Source: Diadema antillarum (taxonomy: Eukaryota). Taken from it: a stretch of DNA of 64,000 nt. The DNA lies in the NCBI RefSeq assembly GCF_040938485.1, contig NW_027270929.1, positions 2,790,001 through 2,854,000 on the forward strand. Reading direction: 5' to 3'. Each line of letters starts with the position of its first letter. The stretch's first letter is position 1. Both the position numbers and the translations under genes were made by a program. The notes under the pieces are model-generated. The model made no database searches. It worked only from the letters and a program-made list of their open reading frames with translations, and had not been told where the DNA came from. Below are positions 61,214 through 64,000 of the stretch, in pieces.

Positions 61214-61800
61214 ACTTTCAGGATGCTAGAAGGACACACGACCTTTAAACCATGGAACTATAAACAACAGCAACAAAAAAAAAACTCACATTTTCCTATG
61301 TTTTCCTGTTTGCAAAGCAGATAATACCCACTCTCCCATAAAATTCCCGTAAACAAATACAATGATTTATGTAGCTTTGCTCCATCTCACTTTCTATAGA
61401 TAATCCACAGATGCTGTCCTGTGCGTTCCTTTGCTTTGACTTTGATTGTTTTATTTGCAAAACCCCAACCCTTTGCATGTATATAGAAGAATTCAAAAAT
61501 TCCTGGCAAAGTGTGGGGTTATTTGGGGTCACCACTTTTATGCAAGGCCCTCTCTGTTTTATCAGACTGCAATATATCAAGCTGCGTCTAAACTTCTTTA
61601 AATGCTTTCCCGTGGAAACAAATAAATTTTCTTCTACTGAGTATGTAGGCATATGCCAGTCTCACATATTGCAAATCAGTTAATTTATCAAGCCATAAAT
61701 TGCACATCTTGCTAACTATAGACCGTATCCTTATCCTAAACGGATCTGATTCACTCGAAACTGCGATTTCGGACTCTAAACGAAATCTTCATAAACCACA

Positions 61801-61803
61801 AAC

Positions 61804-61851
<48 letters not shown>
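61801..61851. repeat. (AC)n microsatellite
   Basis: Directly visible. Confidence 0.95.
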
Positions 61852-61854
<3 letters not shown>

Positions 61855-62313
61855 ACTGATATTAGTCTAATCAATTATTAAATTTTGAAAAGTTTTCGTG
61901 TGGGAATTACAATCGGATTGTATCACTTGAGCAAAGGATGTCAATATCATTTTTGAACAGTGGACTGGAAGGAGTTAAATTGTTGCGCTCTTCTTCTAGT
62001 CACGTGTCTTGATTCTAGTACAATCAATGTATGACGAAGGGATCTATATAGGGCCGGTAGCCAGCGAGGTAATAATATAGCTAAGAGTGCTATCGAACGT
62101 GACCAGCATGATGCCACAGACACAGACACTCAATAGAACACCAACACATACATGCGCACACAACAAAGTACAAACACACCTACACCCACACACTGGCGCG
62201 CGCACACACACACGCACATACACAAACACAGTTATTCCCAAGTCGCAAATCCAAATTAAAGCTAAACCGATCATTATTTTGAATTGATTGGTATTCAGCC
62301 AGGAAAAACTTAA

Positions 62314-62683
62314 AGGGAATGGCTAGTAACTCAAACTGATCAGTGGGAATCAGTGGGAAAGCTGGGGGATGATTGTTCCAATTCTTGTGGGATTCATTTA
62401 AGAGTATATTATATATCTATTGTTGTGCGAAAATTATTTGCGTCAGAATAGTCTCATATTCAAGTAATGTGCAGTTTAATGTTTCCAGGCTAGCATGCCT
62501 GTACAGTGACGGGGCATTAAACTGTACATTACTTGAATATGAGACCGTTCTGAAGCAAATAATTTTCACACAACAATAGACACATAATGTAGGGCCTACT
62601 CTTAAATGAATCCCACAAGGATTGGAGCAATCATCCCCCAGCTTTCCCACTGATTCCCACTGATCAGTTACTAGCCATCCCCT
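62314..62683. mobile_element. 370-bp Kolobok-like foldback element
   Basis: TTAA|AGGGAATGGCTAGTAAC ... GTTACTAGCCATCCCCT|TTAA. Arms of about 170 bp are reverse complements around a short spacer. Confidence 0.88.
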
Positions 62684-64000
62684 TTAATTTGTTATACTTT
62701 TGTGAAAAAAAGATGAATTTTCGTCAGTTTGTTTTTCACCATCAGTGGAAAATTGTGAGGTGATGACATCATCAACTTACTAATTTGTATATTCGAAAAT
62801 AGCGAACTTTACAATTTCAAAACTTCCATAAAATTTGACTCTTTCTTTTCAGATTAACTCTTATTTGGGAATAGAGAGAAGGAGAGAGAGGGAGAAAGAG
62901 AGACAGAAAGAGGAGTGAGCTGATGATGCAAGAAATATCTTTTTTTTTTTTTTAGTTTTGTTCCAATTCGTCCATATCTATGTCACAATTTTGGTGTTAT
63001 GTTCAACCACCTGCATTCCCATTCGCTTCCAAAATCCGGCCATCGACACAGATCCATACTAATCCATGCTAATGAGCCGGAGCGCGTTTCCTGCCTATCG
63101 GAGCAGACTTAAAGGGGCATTCTAAACAATTTTATAATTTCATATTATGTAGTACATAAATCGATAATGCCATGTATAGATTTATGTACTTCGTTATGGT
63201 CCTTGAGCAGATAAAGTTGTTAACCATTACTCTGAAAAACCAAAAACAAATCACGCGGAACAACGATAATGACATAGGAAGCTCACATATTTCAGAAATG
63301 TAGCAGGAATTCCATTATGATACAAATTGCGGTATAAGTTCACCAGTGTAAACTTTTAATGCTTTTTTTAACCTTTGTTTTGCTTCCTTAAGCTCTCGGT
63401 CATGCATTCTCATGTGAAACTGCTATGTATTCATCTTCGTTCTTTGCCCTTTATTATGAATGATGGAAACATTCTTATTCCTCATCCCAATCACTACAAA
63501 TTCTGACAGTCTGAACCCAGTGCAACCAATTCATAGATGTTCAAATGCAAAAGTCTGAAGTCATCTTGAAATCTCCTTTAAGATCCAAGACTTTAAGATC
63601 CAGGACTGCTGTACGTGTATTCTCAAACGGAAGGGTATACCGGGGAAGTTGAAGCTCCTCGGTGTAAAGTGACATAAACGTAAGCCTTATGAACTTAAAC
63701 CTATTTCACAATTAATTTCACCCTATATGATACATGAGAGGAAATCTACTCTACGACTACCCAAAGGTTATTACCCTCCTGAAGGGAATGGGGACGAAAA
63801 CATTCGACTTTCTCTATCAGTGACGAAATGCATCAGCTTTACCCAGCTTCACGCTGTTCCCGGGTATGTGTAAGCATGAAAGAAGAAAACAAAAACCAAG
63901 CAATGATCAAATCAGAGTGCTGCCTCTCGATTTCTTAAACCTGCACTTCTCATCCCATTTTTTTTTTTACCCGAAGCCCTCTTTGGCTTCTACAAAGTTT

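Noticed and set aside
63113-63577. Complete Kolobok-like element starting TTAA|AGGGGCATTC
   Set aside because: The left end is plausible, but the candidate right end (GAAATCTCCT|TTAA) is too divergent to delimit confidently.
1-64000. CRISPR arrays, rRNA genes, U12-type introns
   Set aside because: No regularly spaced repeat-spacer arrays, no rRNA-like sequence, and none of the reconstructed donors matches the U12 GTATCCT/ATATCCT consensus.

Overview
AT-rich, intron-containing animal genomic DNA. It is inferred to be an invertebrate deuterostome, probably echinoderm-like, from gene content and repeat types; the species cannot be named from sequence alone. There are four short N gaps. Three complete spliced genes were reconstructed by hand with consistent GT-AG phases: PRR11 (minus, 8 coding exons, 5037-12313, 423 aa), STYXL1/MK-STYX pseudophosphatase (plus, 9 coding exons, 15760-24550, 318 aa) and ALKBH4 (minus, 3 coding exons, 28409-32065, 321 aa). 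PRR11 and STYXL1 are head-to-head; STYXL1 and ALKBH4 are tail-to-tail. A first coding exon of an unidentified type II membrane protein lies at 46052-46553, and a possible terminal exon of an upstream gene at 1873-2058. The rest is intron or intergenic DNA dense in non-autonomous DNA transposons (TA-, TTAA-, 2-, 5- and 9-bp target types, one nested), 3' LINE fragments, a tRNA-derived SINE head and microsatellites. No CRISPR array, rRNA or true tRNA gene was seen, and I found no clearly novel multi-gene system. The best leads are a polyproline plus three WH2-like repeats in PRR11, alternative splice sites and uORFs in PRR11, a transposon-supplied poly(A) signal, a palindromic ALKBH4 promoter, and several elements with unusual terminus/target-duplication combinations. 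All homology calls come from recalled protein sequences, not database searches.
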